Below, one piece after another: positions 35,297 through 48,734 of a DNA stretch of 64,000 bases. Each line of letters begins with the position of its first letter. The stretch's first letter is position 1. Source of the stretch: Phyllobates terribilis (lineage: Eukaryota); assembly GCF_046119375.1 (NCBI RefSeq), contig NW_027362765.1, positions 61,628,001 through 61,692,000 on the forward strand, in the 5' to 3' direction. The position numbers and the translations under genes are program-made. The notes under the pieces were generated by a model, which saw only the letters and a program-made list of their open reading frames with translations, was not told the origin of the DNA and ran no database searches.

Positions 35297-35425
35297 CTGG
35301 TTATGGAGAGACACATTAATAAATCTCACTACAGACATTTCCAGAGTCCTCACCTCTCCAGTTCTGTCCATCTGTTATTCCCATAGATAAGAATGATGTA
35401 ATGTGACGTCATCAGAATCTCTCAC

Positions 35426-35503
35426 CTCTCCAGTAAGCCGGAAGAGGATCTCTAGGGTGAGGTGTAATATCCTCTCCGCCATCTTGTCCCTGTCCCTATC
35501 CAT
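35426..35503 (-). CDS. ZNF gene first coding exon (MDRDRDKMAERILHLTLEILFRLTGE); the exon itself starts at 35575
   Basis: ATG at 35503, GTGAGA donor, acceptor CCCATTCAG at 35576; the six exons join into a 673-aa ORF. Confidence 0.88.
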
Positions 35504-35904
35504 CCTTGATGGGTCAATCAGGAAAATTCTCTTATATAGAAGATCTCCACTGAGAGGATCCGATATTGTAGGGACCTGAATGGGAAGAAGATGACGATGT
35601 AACATCATAAAGATCCCATCTAAGAAATCTCCGAAGCTGTTACCGGCTTCACATGATCACTACATCCAGCCATGGGCAAAACAAGACAAAGTTATAAATT
35701 GCAAGGAACATCCACAGAGATCGGGACGGCAGAACCGGGGAAGTCAGCAACAGATAATGAGAGAACATTAACATCTCCTAATAGTGACAACATGAGGGGG
35801 TTAATGTCTCCTGCGCCCAGTAATGGGGAATTTCCACAGACCTCCACCTGCAGAGCCGCACACTAGATCTATGGCTGTGGCTGAATCCTAGTGGGTGATG
35901 GGAT

Positions 35905-36122
35905 CTGCTCCCTCCGTCCTCCAGGTGTCAGTCATGTTCCCGTTATCACACAGGGTCTGTTCCTCTCATTCTCGCTGCCATCATTACCGAACACTCAGCT
36001 CCTCCAGCTTGTTGTCTTACATGTGGCCGCTTCCTTCATGGGAAAACCCTTCACTTCCTGCAAACTCTAGAATGACACTTCCTCTAAATGTGACTGATCA
36101 CATGACTGTGACATCATCACAG
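35905..36122 (-). promoter_or_regulatory. Putative ZNF promoter / non-coding first exon module
   Basis: Upstream of the coding exons; donor GTAATG at about 35987; TGACATCA and CACATG motifs; paralogous to 48525-48734. Confidence 0.55.
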
Positions 36123-36970
36123 ACGCTTCTCAGGCTTTTTGAGAATAGAATCGACAACAATCAAGTTTGATGCAACTGACCACAACCAAGTTTATTTGCT
36201 GAATTTGCAATTTAGTTAAAAAAAGTAAAAAACGGTACAAAAGAAAATCATTGGCAGCTGGTTATCAGCTTCTCGGCAAAATCCTGAAGGATGACCTGTT
36301 CTTGCCTGATCAGTGCTTGAAGGTACTCTGTAAGCTCAGAATGACAGTTCAAACTAAGCCCCCCTCACTCGGTGCTTCACAGAAGAGCCAATCGTTTATA
36401 CAGCTCTTGCAAAAATTAAGAGACCACTGAACAGTTTTCTATTGGAAAGCATGGAAAGACGCATGAAAGCTGTGATTAAAAATCATGGTTAGTCCACCAA
36501 ATATTGCCAAATATTGATTACACAGTTAAAACATGAGTAATTTGAGGTCTGAAAGCACGGTTTCTTTTTTAGTATTTTGACGCTTTATCATTTGCTGCAA
36601 ATAAATACAAATTTTTTTGCTTTGAATTTCGGAGACATGTTGTCAGTAGTTTCTAGAATAAAACCACAATGTACATTTTTTTTTAATCAGATATTTTTTA
36701 TTAAAATATTTTCCAACATTACAAATAAACAACAGTGAGACATCACCAAACTGGTAGTGCCTCTCAAAGCCCACCCATTCCCCTTCCCCCCACCCATTAC
36801 AACCCCAAGAACCATATGACAAGAGCAAATTTTGTTATTACAGACCGTGTACTGTCATATAGCTTGCTTGGCCGTTAAGGCATTGATAAATTGATCCAAG
36901 GATATATAGCATAGCATCCTACAATCAGCAATTAGTTATACAGAATATGGGAGACCACAACATTTCAATC

Positions 36971-39900
36971 TCAAGTGATATTTAAATTAGACATGACATA
37001 ATGACCATGAAACGTGCTCCATTTACCCCAGATTTTGTCAAATTTACATATAGCCTTCCGTTTTTTGTACACTCCCTCTTCTAATCTTAATAAAAGACGC
37101 ATTCTATCCAGGAATTCTTGGAACCTGAGAGGGAAGGGATCCAGCCAATGTGCGGCTATAAGCTTTCTGACCTTGTATAGAGTCCTCTTAATGGCTATTA
37201 TTTCATCCTCTTCACATCCTATTATGTCCACATGACCTAATACACATACTTTAGGATGTAGGGGTAAATTACACTCAAACACAGTATTAATATATTGCAC
37301 ACACTCATTCCAAAATACAGCGACCCTCCTACACGTCCACATCATATGCATAAGATCTGCTCCTTCCTCTCCACATTTCGGACACATACTGTCATTCCTT
37401 ACCCCAATGCGCTGCAGAAATTTGGGGGTTCTATATACTCTATGTAATAAATACAACTGTGAAAGTCTATGTGCTTCACATGTAGATAATGTCGGAACAC
37501 TCTCCACCACATCTTCCCACTTCTCTGAGGATATAGTACCAATGTCACATTCCCACCTCTCCTTGACATTTAAGGGTCTGTCCCACTGAAATTGCTGCAT
37601 AAGTATCCCGTAAATTCTGGATATCATTCCCTTCCCACCTCTATGGCATAGTAGCGTATTAAACAGTATATGATGTTGGATTTTACTCTGCATATGTCGT
37701 GGCTGTACAAACCATGCGTGCCTCAATTGGAGATAAAAGTAGAAACTGGTTTGTGGGACACAATATTCGTCCTTTATCTGTTGGAACGATTTAAGTATTT
37801 CCCCCTCTAATATTTGCGCCACATTAGTTATTCCCAATTTTTCCCATATTCCGAATCCTTTCAATTTATGGATCTCTGGAAGGCCCGCATTATGCCACAA
37901 CGGAGTAAACGGGGTAAAGCCTTTCATTCCCAACAACAGTTTGATTTTCTGCCACGTTTTCCCCATAAGTGCTAGGGTCGGGAGGTGTCGCCTAGCATCC
38001 CACCCCGAGATTCCTGTTTCTAAAAAGGAGATAATCGGCAGATTGTGTGAAAGTAGGCGTATCAGTTTATCCAGGTTCCCCTGAACCAACCCGAGCTGTT
38101 GAGTCTGAGAGGCCAGAAAGTATATCCATGGATTAGGTGCGGCTAGTCCCCCCTGATCTTTGGGCCTTTGAAGTGTATTCAAACTAATTCTGGCCACCCC
38201 TTTTTTCCAGATCAGCTCCCGAAACAATGCCTGAAACTTAAAATATTCTCATGGGGATCCAAACAGGTGAATTATGAAGGATATATAATAATTGGGGCAT
38301 TAACACCATTTTAATTAGATTAGTTCGACCTACCACTGATAAGGGAAGTTTACTCCAAGTATTGGCCTTTTGTTGAAACTTGGCAAGCAGCTCAAGTAAA
38401 TTTAAAGGAATATAATCTCCGATAGATGCGGTCACTCTAACTCCGAGATATTTGAATTCCCGCACAACCTTCAAGCTGGTACTCCCTACCTTCGTATTCT
38501 GAGACAAACCACCAACCGGCATAAGGACCGATTTGTCCCAATTCATCCGCAAGCCAGAATAATCTCCAAACTCCGTTATTAGATTCATAGCCGCCATCAG
38601 AGATTGCTCCGTGTCACCCAGAAACAACAGAAGGTCGTCGGCATATAAGGCCACCCGCTCCTCCAGTGTTTTGTAGCAGAACCCCTGTATTTCGCTGCTG
38701 GAACGAAGCTTAACAGCCAACGGCTCCACAGCCAGGGCGAATAGTAGGGGGGACAACGGGCAGCCTTGACGCGTGCCTCTGCCCATTTCAATGTTACCAG
38801 AAAGATTGCCATTAATTCTAATCCGAGCTACCGGATTGCTATATAAAAGTTGCACCCAGGCTCGAAATTCAGCACCAAATCCCATCTTTCTCAAAACAGC
38901 CCATAAGTACTCCCACTCGACACTATCAAAAGCCTTAGCGGCATCAAGCGACAGCACTGCCCTACCACCCACATTGTGTGGCTGCATTTGTAGGTTAAGG
39001 AAAAGCCGACGCAAATGAATTGCCGTTGACTTGGCCGGTATAAATCCAGTCTGGTCTTCTGCAATCAGGTACGTAATAACCGCCCCCAATCTGGTAGCCA
39101 GGATCTTAGCTAGAATTTTTACATCTACCGAGAGTAAGGATATTGGCCTATATGATTCAGGGTTTAGGGCATCCTTTCCAGGTTTAAGCAAAAGAACTAT
39201 GTTAGCCTCCCTCATTGAAGTCGGCAAGGTCCCCCTCTCCTTTGCTTCCCTAAAGACTTCCAGTAACCTGGGAAGTAAAACCCCCCCCCCCCCCAGCCTC
39301 CTTATAAATTTCTGCGGGGATCCCATTCGCACCAGGGGCCTTGTTATTTTGAAAATCTTTTAAAGCTTCCTGCATCTCCTCCAGTGTAATTGGTGCATCT
39401 AATTGTTCTCTTTGGCTATCTGTCAGGCATGGTATTTGCATATTATGAAGGTATAGATCTATGTCCCTTTGCTCGTTAGTCTGTTTGGAGGCATATAATT
39501 GTCTGTAAAACTGAAAAAATTCTTCCATTATAGCTTTTGAGTCAGTAATTACCGCACCCCTAGGATCCCTGATGGCTGCAATCATAGGAGCCCCAGTCTG
39601 GGCCTTAGCTATAGTGGCCAGCAAGTGTGCTGCACTTTCTCCCTCCACATAAAACTGTTGTTTAAGAAAGAATCGTTTATGTTCTGCTTGTTTCAATATA
39701 TGATCATTCAGTGTATCCTGTGCCCGTATCCAGTGTTCCCTATTCTCTATAATTGGGGACCCAACATACCTCTGTTCCAGTATGTCTACTTCTCTCCGCA
39801 ACTCCTGGGTACGAGCCCTGTTTCTGGATTTAACCACGGAAATCTCCTTAATCAGGATCCCCCTTAAGAACGCCTTCATGGTTTCCCATACCATATTTAA

Positions 39901-40746
39901 AGGAGCAGAGCCTATGTTGTCTTTAAATAAATAATCTAATTTACCTGCTAAATCCAACTGTTCCCCAAACACGTCCAGCCAGTAGGGATTAAATCTCCAG
40001 AATATTCTTTTATTTGTAATGCCAGAATCTACCCCCAAAACTACCAATAATGGGGAATGATCAGATAACATTCTTGTGCAGGATTCTACTTTAGTAACTA
40101 AAGGGACTAGGTGACTATTTCCCAGAGCCAGGTCAATTCTGGACAGAGAAGAATAGGATGCTGAATAACATGAATACTGCTTAACATTTGGGAATCAAGC
40201 CCGCCACACATCTACCAAGCTAATTTCCTGTAGGACCATTGCCAATGAAGTCTCTTGAGCAGCCCCTCCCTTCACATTACCCCTATACTTATCAAGCTCA
40301 GCATGTAGGTATATATTAAAATCCCCGATGCCTAACAGGGGTATGGTAGCAAATTCCGTTATCCATGGGAATATTTGGCGCAAAGTCTGTATAGAGAAAG
40401 GTGGAGGAATATATAGAGCGATTAGGCAAATTCTAAGTCCAGCCACTCTGCACACTAGGCACACATACCTACCCTCCCTGTCACAGATACTTTTTTCACA
40501 TTCAAAGGGTAAATTCGGATGAATCAATATACTAACCCCCCTAGAATAAGTACTATGTGTAGAATGATAGGCCGGCCTCCACCAAAGATTGCTCAGTGCT
40601 GTAGCGGCCTCCATATTGCAATGCGTCTCTTGCAGACAGATTATCGAGTCCCGATATTCCTTAAGATATTTAAGTGCCGCAAATCTTTTGCTGTGATCTC
40701 CCATACCCCTGACATTCCAGGATACTACATTAATCTGCTTGACCAT
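36971..40746 (-). pseudogene. L1 ORF2 (APE endonuclease, RT, Cys-rich C-terminus) with three lesions
   Basis: SWNVRG and SDH endonuclease motifs, RQGCPLSP and YADD RT motifs, CPKC...HMMWTC. In-frame TGA at 40195; frameshifts at about 39285 and about 38238. Confidence 0.93.
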
Positions 40747-41295
40747 GCTTCAACAATTGAAAATGGACCGTCACATACATCCCTCCGCACCCACTGGTGC
40801 GTCTGACCATCAAGATTATAGTATTGTATTAATACACAAAGTAAATTCTGTTCTTTTACCCCCCCTCACTACCTCATTTAACATCCCCCCCCCCTTAATC
40901 AAATGAATACCAAAGCCGTACTATGTAGAGTCTGGTGTTTAGCCTCATGCAGCCTAGTAGGCCTTAAGCACACGAGGCGCCGCAACATGAGTTGCATCAG
41001 AGACTCCCTCATTTCCCCCCCACACAACGTTCCCAGAACATTCAAACGGCAGAGTGTCTTATCCCTGCTTACACATTGTAGGTGAAACCAGCACCTCAAC
41101 AACTATATAAGTATATTGGCCTGCCCGAGGTATATATGAGAGCCAGGTTATGAGCAGTATACAATAACTGTAAAATAACAATCATAACATTTATGGACAT
41201 AAATTCAGTAGGCAACAGAGGAGTATTATCCACTAGAATTCAAAATCCCTGGATTATTTTATTATATTCTGTCAAGGATCCTCACAAAATTGGCG

Positions 41296-42393
41296 TCAGC
41301 CAGCTCGGATTTGTCTCTCTTTAAAGTCCAGACACTTTACAGCCTCTTTTGATGAATCAAAAAAATGAGTTTCACCCAGTGCTATGACTCGCAGCCGTGC
41401 AGGATATAGCATTGCATAGGGTACTTGAAGTGTTTTCAATCTGCGCTTGACATCTTGAAATTGGGCGCGTCTCTTTTGAACCTCCACAGAGAAGTCAGGA
41501 TAGAAGGATACTCTCGCCCCCTCTATACATAAGTCATTAGCCGACCGCGCCAATTGCAGGATTTTATCTCTATCACGAAAATGCAGCATTTTAATTAAGA
41601 CTGTACGTGGCATTGCCCCAGGAGGTGGAGGTCTGGTGGGGACCCTGTGTGCCCTCTCAATAGCGAACATTTTAGAGAATTTATCTTTTCCAAAGGATTG
41701 CAGCAGCCATGTCTCAAAAAAATCCACCGCTTCTCTGCCCTCTGCTTTCTCAGGCACACCCACAATACGCACGTTATTTCTTCTTAGGCGATTTTCAAAA
41801 TCATCCGTTTTGTTGAGTAAATAGTTGATAGAGTCAGTAGCTGTTTTAAGTGTTTTAGTCATAGGAGTCACAGTATCTTCCAAATCCCCCACTCTACCTT
41901 CTGTTGCAGTGAGGCGCTCCCTTATTTTCTGCAAGTCATGGCGTATATGAGATATGTCTATTTTCACAGACCCTATATGTTCAGTGAGATCTGCTTTGCT
42001 ATGTGAGATGGCCAGCAGCACATCTTTTAAAGTAGGCTCATCATCCTTTGTCACTGTGTCAGCATCACTGGTAACCTGAGCCTCTCTGCTGGGGGCAGTA
42101 GTTGGAATGGGAGTCTGTATTTTCCTTTGATATGGCTTCTCCTGTGCCTCCCCCGCTGCCCTCTCCACATCCCCCTCCGTTACCGTGCTTTTTAATGACT
42201 GCACATTCTGATCGGGTGCAGGCTCCTCAGCTCCTCCGCCGTGTGCATATTTGGAAAGTCGGATCGCCATCTCCATGCGCTTCTCCCACTGCCTCGGAGT
42301 CTCGGTCCCCGCCTCAGAGGCCGCGGCGCCATTTTGGCCCTCGTGCTGCGATGCGCTGGCCGCCTGTCTCTGCTTGCTGTCTCGCCGGATCAT
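41296..42393 (-). CDS. L1 ORF1p (coiled coil + RRM + CTD), intact
   Basis: First ATG at 42393; RRNNVRIVGVPE, IERAHR and YPARLR motifs. Confidence 0.9.
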   Translation of the reverse strand: MIRRDSKQRQAASASQHEGQNGAAASEAGTETPRQWEKRMEMAIRLSKYAHGGGAEEPAPDQNVQSLKSTVTEGDVERAAGEAQEKPYQRKIQTPIPTTAPSREAQVTSDADTVTKDDEPTLKDVLLAISHSKADLTEHIGSVKIDISHIRHDLQKIRERLTATEGRVGDLEDTVTPMTKTLKTATDSINYLLNKTDDFENRLRRNNVRIVGVPEKAEGREAVDFFETWLLQSFGKDKFSKMFAIERAHRVPTRPPPPGAMPRTVLIKMLHFRDRDKILQLARSANDLCIEGARVSFYPDFSVEVQKRRAQFQDVKRRLKTLQVPYAMLYPARLRVIALGETHFFDSSKEAVKCLDFKERQIRAG

Positions 42394-42699
42394 CCCGTAC
42401 TGCACTGCCGATTGCTCCCCCGCACTCCTGAGACCCCAGGGCACCTGGTAAGTCCTCTCAAATGTAGTGTTTCCCTCGGGCAGGAAGGATTACAGGACAG
42501 GGTTACAGGAGCTCCTCTGCCTCACGTCTGCTCACATACTCGGCCAGGCCACGCCCCCCCACAATGTACATTTTACTCAAAAATATACCTATAAAGAGAA
42601 AAATCAGAGAAACTGAAAATTTTGCAGTGGTCTCTTAATTTTTGCCAGAGCTGTATATTGTACACCTTCCCACCTGCTTGTTGTCCCTCTATCTCCCCA

Positions 42700-42990
42700 C
42701 CCCTTATTTGATTGACAGCTCTGGCTTCATAGAGCCAGAGAAGGGTGGAGATAGAGGGAAAATAAGCAGGTTGGAAGGTGTATTCAATGTTTGGCCCCGC
42801 TGTGAAGCATCGAGCTCCTGTACTTTGTTGGAATAGTCATTCTGTGCTGGCAGATACCCTGATGCCCTTTGAAGTTGATCACAATTTCTGTCTATTTGTT
42901 TGACTCCCCGCTTTTTGCAGATTGACCACATGGTTTCTGGGAAGTTTCCTGTCCATGAAGCCAAACGTCCATTTTTTTTTTAACTGAGCC
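42700..42990 (-). pseudogene. Tc1 transposase C-terminal fragment
   Basis: WTGNFPETMWSICKKRGVKQ resembles the WPGNSPDLNPIENLW region. Confidence 0.5.
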
Positions 42991-43639
42991 ACTGAGTTAT
43001 TAATTTTGTCTTGTGATATGGACTCCATCCAGAAGTGAGCTGGGCCCAGGGGCTCAGGGCATTTGCCCCCTGGGCTGCTCTAACAGCAGCTGCGCAGGGG
43101 CGCCAGGCCACCTGTTTTTTCATTGGCGAGGCAGGCTCTGTGCCTTTAATTGTGCGTGTGCCGACCCAGTCATATCACAGTTACCAAACACAGCCGTGGG
43201 GATATCTCCTAAAGTGACTTCACTTCACACAGCGTGCCCTGCACTGCTACTTTCCACAGGAGAGAAGCTTCAATGAAGCATTCAGACTAAATGGGAAACA
43301 AATCAGGGGGAGGTAAAAACCTTCCTAAGATGTGTGTATGTAGGGGTATACTTATGTCAGTTTATATGACTTTTAGTATACAGTATAAGTCTTCAAATAT
43401 GCATATGAGTGTATGTGTATATATCTGTGTACATATTTGTGTGCATGTTCTTGCATGTGTCTATGTGTGTTTGCGCATATCTGTGAGTTTACGTGCTTTA
43501 GAGTGCATGACTGTGTGCGCATGTCTGTAGGTCTGTGTGCAGGTCTGCATACTGTATGGAAGCATGTTTACGTATATGTGAATATCTACAATTGTGTGTA
43601 CATACCTGTGTACTGTATGTGTGCACAGGAGTGTATCTG

Positions 43640-46600
43640 CAGGGCTGTGTAGTGGGTAAGCCAAACCACCGACTCAGACTCCTCAATTTCCCTGACTTGC
43701 GACTCCGACTCCAAGACTTCGACTCCACAGCACTGCCTCACAACTGAGCATGTACAAAAAGTGCAGCACAGATTCATCTCAACTAAAAGCCTAAATCCTT
43801 AGATCAGGAACAGAATACACATTTCTAGGACATTTCATATCTTTCCCAAATTCTTATGACAACATTTACAGCACATACGCGTATGGGGTTGTGCACACAT
43901 CTTCTTCTGCAAAGTGACTTTGGAGCTAAGTGGAAATTATTTCAGAGGCAGTTAGTCAGGGCAGTAATCAGGTAACCCACACTTTGACTGCTTACTCTCT
44001 TTTAACTATGTTTTTGCTAATTTTCACTTTTTCCTCTATATTCCTCCCCTTTCTACTAATCCCAAACACTTAGTAATGAACTCTTCATCTCTCCCTCCAT
44101 CATCCCCATCCACCTCACCTCCTCCTCAGAACTATTTCTCAACATTCAATCCTGTGTCTCAAAACACAGACAACCACCCTATGCCCTCTCCTGCTCCCAC
44201 CTGCTAACACTTTCTCTGCTCCTCCTCACTGCCGGCGACATATCTCTGAATCCTGGTCCTCCTCACCATATCCCTCACTTCTACCTCCTATCCACGATCT
44301 ACCACAAACTCTTGCAACCTTTCTAACCTCATACCCATCCACCTAATCCCCACTTCCCCAGTTGCACTAACAGGAGCTCTATGGAACGCTTGCTCCGTCT
44401 GCAACAAGCTTTCCTACATCCATGACCTTTTCATTACTAACAAACTTTTCTTCCTCGCCATCACCGAAACCTGGCTAACTCCCTCTGACACAGCCTCCCC
44501 AGTCACACTTTCATATGGCGGATTCCACCTTTCCCACCCCCCAGTCTCAGCGGCAAACATGGTGGAGGCGTAGGTTTTCTCCTGTCAGATACCTGTGCCT
44601 TCACCCAAATCCCACTACCGCCCTCTGTCACTCTCCCTTATTTTGATGTGCACTGTGTGCGCATTTACTCCCCCTTCAACCTCCAACTGGCTGTCATTTA
44701 CCACCCCCAGTGCCAGCCACCACTTTCTTCGACCACTTCACTACCTGGCTGCTTCACTTCCTCCTTCAGCTTGCTCAATGGTCTTCCACAGCCACTCATA
44801 AAGATGGCAACACACTAGACCTCATCTTAACCCCATTCTATTCCCTATCTAACCTCTCTAACTCTCCTCTCCCTCTCTCTGGCCACAACCTACTTACATT
44901 CTCTGCCATCTCCTCTCCAGGTTCACAATCCCCACTCCACAAACTTGTACACCCTCGCAGAAACCTCAAACACCTTGACCTGCACTCACTCTCTGAATCC
45001 CTCCTCCCTCTTACAGACATAAATTCCTTACACGACGCAGATGCTGCAGCTGCTTTATATAACACCACAACAGTTGCAGCTCTCGACTCAGTTGCCCCTC
45101 TCACACATACCAAAGCTCGCACATTCATTAGGCAACCCTGGCACACCAACCTCACTAAAGAACTGCGACGGGCCTCCAGGGCTGCTGAGCGGAGATGGAA
45201 TAGGTCACACTCCATCGAGCACTTCATCGCATTCAAACAATCCTTTACTATTTTCAAGTCCACACTCACAGCAGCAAAACAAACCTACTTCTCATCTCTC
45301 ATATCCTCCCTGTCTCACAACCCTAAACAGCTATTCAACACTTTCAATTCTCTCCTCCATCCCCCAGTGCCTCCTCCCTCTCCTCTCATCATAGCTGAAG
45401 AGTTTGCCTCATTCTTCAAGCAGAAGATTGACAACATCAGACAAAGCTTTTGCCCAAAGTCCCCACAGCCCCTCCTCATGTCTACTCAACCTTCCTCCTT
45501 CAAACTCCCCTTCTGCACAATTATACCTCACAACCTGCGAACTTGACCCAATCCTGTCCCACCTCATCCCTAACCTTACCAGTCTTCATTCCAACCCTAA
45601 CCCACCCCTAACAACCAGTGTCTTTCCCTCATGTTTCAAACATGCCTCAGTCACATCCATCCTCAAAAAGCCCTTCCTAGACCCATCCTCTCAGACTATC
45701 GCCCCATATCACTTCTCCCCTATGCCTCAAAACTACTGGACCAACATGTCCACCTTAAACTGTCCTCCCACCTCTCCTCATGTTCCTTCTTCGACCGACA
45801 ATCTGGCTTCGGCCCGCACCACTCCACTGAAACTGCCCTGACTAAAGTCACCAACGACCTACTAACCGCCAAATTCAAGCGACACTACTCCGTCCTCCTC
45901 CTCCTGGACCTGTCACCTGCCTTCGACACAGTGGACCATTCCCTCTTACTACAGACTCTCTCATTTCTTTGCATCATGGACTTGGCCCTATCTTGGATCT
46001 CTTCATACCTAAGAGACCAGACATTCAGTGTCTCCCACTCACATACCACCTCCTCATCTCGCCCCCTATCTGTCGGTGTCCCCCAAGGTTCGATTCTAGG
46101 ACCCCTGGACTTCTCCATCTACACCTTTGGCCTGGGACAGCTCATAGAGTCTACTGGCTTTCAGTATCACCTCTATGCTGATGACACACAGCTCTACCTC
46201 TCTGGACCCTATATATCCTCCCTACTAACCAAAATCCCACAATGTCAGTCCGCTATCTCATCGTTCTTCTCTGACAGATTTCTAAAACTTAACATGGATA
46301 AAACAGAATTCATCATCTTTCCTCTTCTCATTCATACCCCCCATCTAACCTATCCATCAACGTCAATGGCTGTTCACTCTCCCCAGTCCTGCAAGCTCGC
46401 TGCCTTGGGGTAACTCTGGACTCTGATCTCTCCTTCAAACAACATATTGAAGTCCTTTCCACTTCCTGCCGACTCTAACTCAAAAATATCTCCCGAATCC
46501 GCACATTCCTCAACCATGAATCTGCAAAAACACTAGTGCACGCCCTCATCATCTCCCACCTCGACTACTGCAAACTCTTGCTCTATGGCCTCACTTCTAA

Positions 46601-47854
46601 CACTCTTGCGCCCCTCCAATCTATCCTAAACTCTGCTGTCCGACTAATCTACCTGTCCCCCCGCTATTTCCCGGCCTCTCCCCTCTGTCAATCTCTTCAC
46701 TGGCTCCCCATTGCCCAGAGATTTCAGTTCAAAACCCTAACCCTGGTATACAAAGCCATCCACAACCTATCTCCCTCAAACATCTGTGAACTAGTCTCCC
46801 GGAACTTACCTGCACTCAACCTCCGATCCTCACAAGATCTCATTCTCTACTCCCCTCGTATCTCCTCTTCCCACAATCACATACAAGATTTCTCCTGTGC
46901 ATCCCCCTACTCTGGAACTCTCTACCCCAACATATCAGACTCTCGCTTACTGTGGAAACCTTCAAAAGAAACCTGAAGACCTACCTCTTCCGACAAGCCT
47001 ACAACCAGCAGTAACCACCGCTCCACCATATCTCTGCATGACCAGCTCTACCCTCACCTACTCTATCCTCACCGATCCATTGTAGATTGTGAGCCCTTGT
47101 GGGCAGGGTCCTCGCTCCTCTTGTACCAGTCGCCGACTCATTTTGTTAAGATTATTTTAAGTGTTTTTGCTATGTATACCCCCTTTTTCACATGTAAAGC
47201 GCCATGGAATAAATGGCGCTATAATAATAAATAATAATAATAATATTTGTTAAATATTAATTACGGATTTCAGACTATTTTTAGCTCAGTGTAAGTTAGT
47301 GCCATATATGAAAAACAGATGCTATGAGAAGCCTATATAACCCTGTAAGTCATAGAGAGGGGGGCTCTTGCCACTACACACTACATCAGATGAAGGATCT
47401 ACACGCTGAGGAAAACAGATGACAAGGCCTAGACACATGGACCATCCTGACATGTGCTTGACAAGACAAAGACAGATGGAACCTACCACCCAGGATCCCA
47501 GAAAAAGATGGGTGAATCTCAACTAATAAGCTAATAATGGACAATCACTTTGTAACTATTTCACCTATTTTATGTAATTACAGCAATTATTCTTTTTAAT
47601 GAACAATCCAATAATAAACTGCTACATTTTTTTATAAGAATATATCGTGATATATTCTTTGATCAATCGCATCTGATAAACAGTCCTCCATATAACATAT
47701 ACATAAATAAGTATATTTTAACAATATTGCACTGAACTACTGTACCAAATTTATTATATATTTTAGGAGTCTCAGTCAGTCCATTTTATAACGAATCCAA
47801 CTCCACCAAAATGGACACTGAATTCAACACCACGACTCCGACTCCACAGCCCTG
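43640..47854. mobile_element. hAT-like non-autonomous element hosting an L2 insertion
   Basis: Termini CAGGGCTGTG...CACAGCCCTG, subterminal GACTCC repeats, degenerate TSD GTATCT(G/AG). Confidence 0.6.
44070..47244 (+). mobile_element. L2-type LINE, degenerate, with internal deletions
   Basis: APE remnant (ALWNA, AITETWL), RT ([28 protein letters not shown]), (TAA)n tail. Confidence 0.9.
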
Positions 47855-48524
47855 GTATCTAGGGGGAGGAGTCGAGGCATTTGCCTTGGGTGCAGCTGGC
47901 AGGAAAGTGCCATTGGGCAACCTGATGTGGTGGTCCGAGGTGTCTCACCAGAGGCTTAATTTAGCCACTTCCTCCATAGAGGGATTCGGCTGTTTTCTGA
48001 GCTGGCTGTCAAGCTGACAGCCCACTCAGAGAAGGTGTAACACACCGGCTCCCAGAAATCAACTATACTTACATCTTTCAGACACTAGTACAATTGAAGC
48101 CCTGGCCGCCGCCACTTCCACATCAGTGTGACATCAGTAGCGTGATCACGTAATGTGATCACGCTGCTGACGTCACTTTCGGGCGCCACATGGGCATGTA
48201 GAACATCGGTGTGGTAAGCGTTCCACTAGAGCTAAAGAGACAGAAGATTTATTATAATTGGGTGGTGTTGAAGGAGAAATTTGAGGAGGCAGTTTGGGGA
48301 GAATGTGTGAAGAAATAGTATGGTGAGCGAAGGTGGGGATGGGTGCGGACACAGTATGGGAAGCGAGGGTAGGGGGGGTTAATGTGTGAGGAAACCGTCC
48401 CAGGAGTAAAATAGAGCTGCGGAACAGTCACTCTGCATCAGCCAACAAGCAGAGCAAGAGTAGAGGGGACAGGCACCGACACGGATGTCACAAGCTGTGG
48501 TTACATCTTAATGGATGAAAGAAC

Positions 48525-48734
48525 CTGCTCCCTCCGTCCAGCAGGATTACTGTATCTACATTCCCCGTTATCACACACAGTCTGTTCCCGCTCATTCTCG
48601 GTGCCATCTTTACCTGACACCACTGCACTCAGTGTCTTCAGCTTCTTCTCTTACATGACGCCATGTTCTGAAAATTCTAGAATGGCTCCTCCCCCCTCCA
48701 TGTGACTGATCACATGACTGTGACATCATCACAG
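48525..48734 (-). promoter_or_regulatory. Second copy of the ZNF promoter / first-exon module
   Basis: Shares CTGCTCCCTCCGTCC, CCCGTTATCACACA and GTGACTGATCACATGACTGTGACATCATCACAG with 35905-36122; donor GTAAAG at about 48613. Confidence 0.55.

Larger units (their letters stand above)
36676..42558 (-). mobile_element. Full-length L1-clade LINE (about 5.9 kb)
   Basis: 5' GGGGGCGTGGCC, ORF1, ORF2, AATAAA plus poly(A); TSD CCACAATGTACATTTT at 36664-36679 and 42559-42574. Confidence 0.95.
36401..42653. mobile_element. Internally deleted Tc1-type element split by the L1
   Basis: TIRs CAGCTC(T/G)GCAAAAATTAAGAGACCACTG with TA on both sides. Confidence 0.85.
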
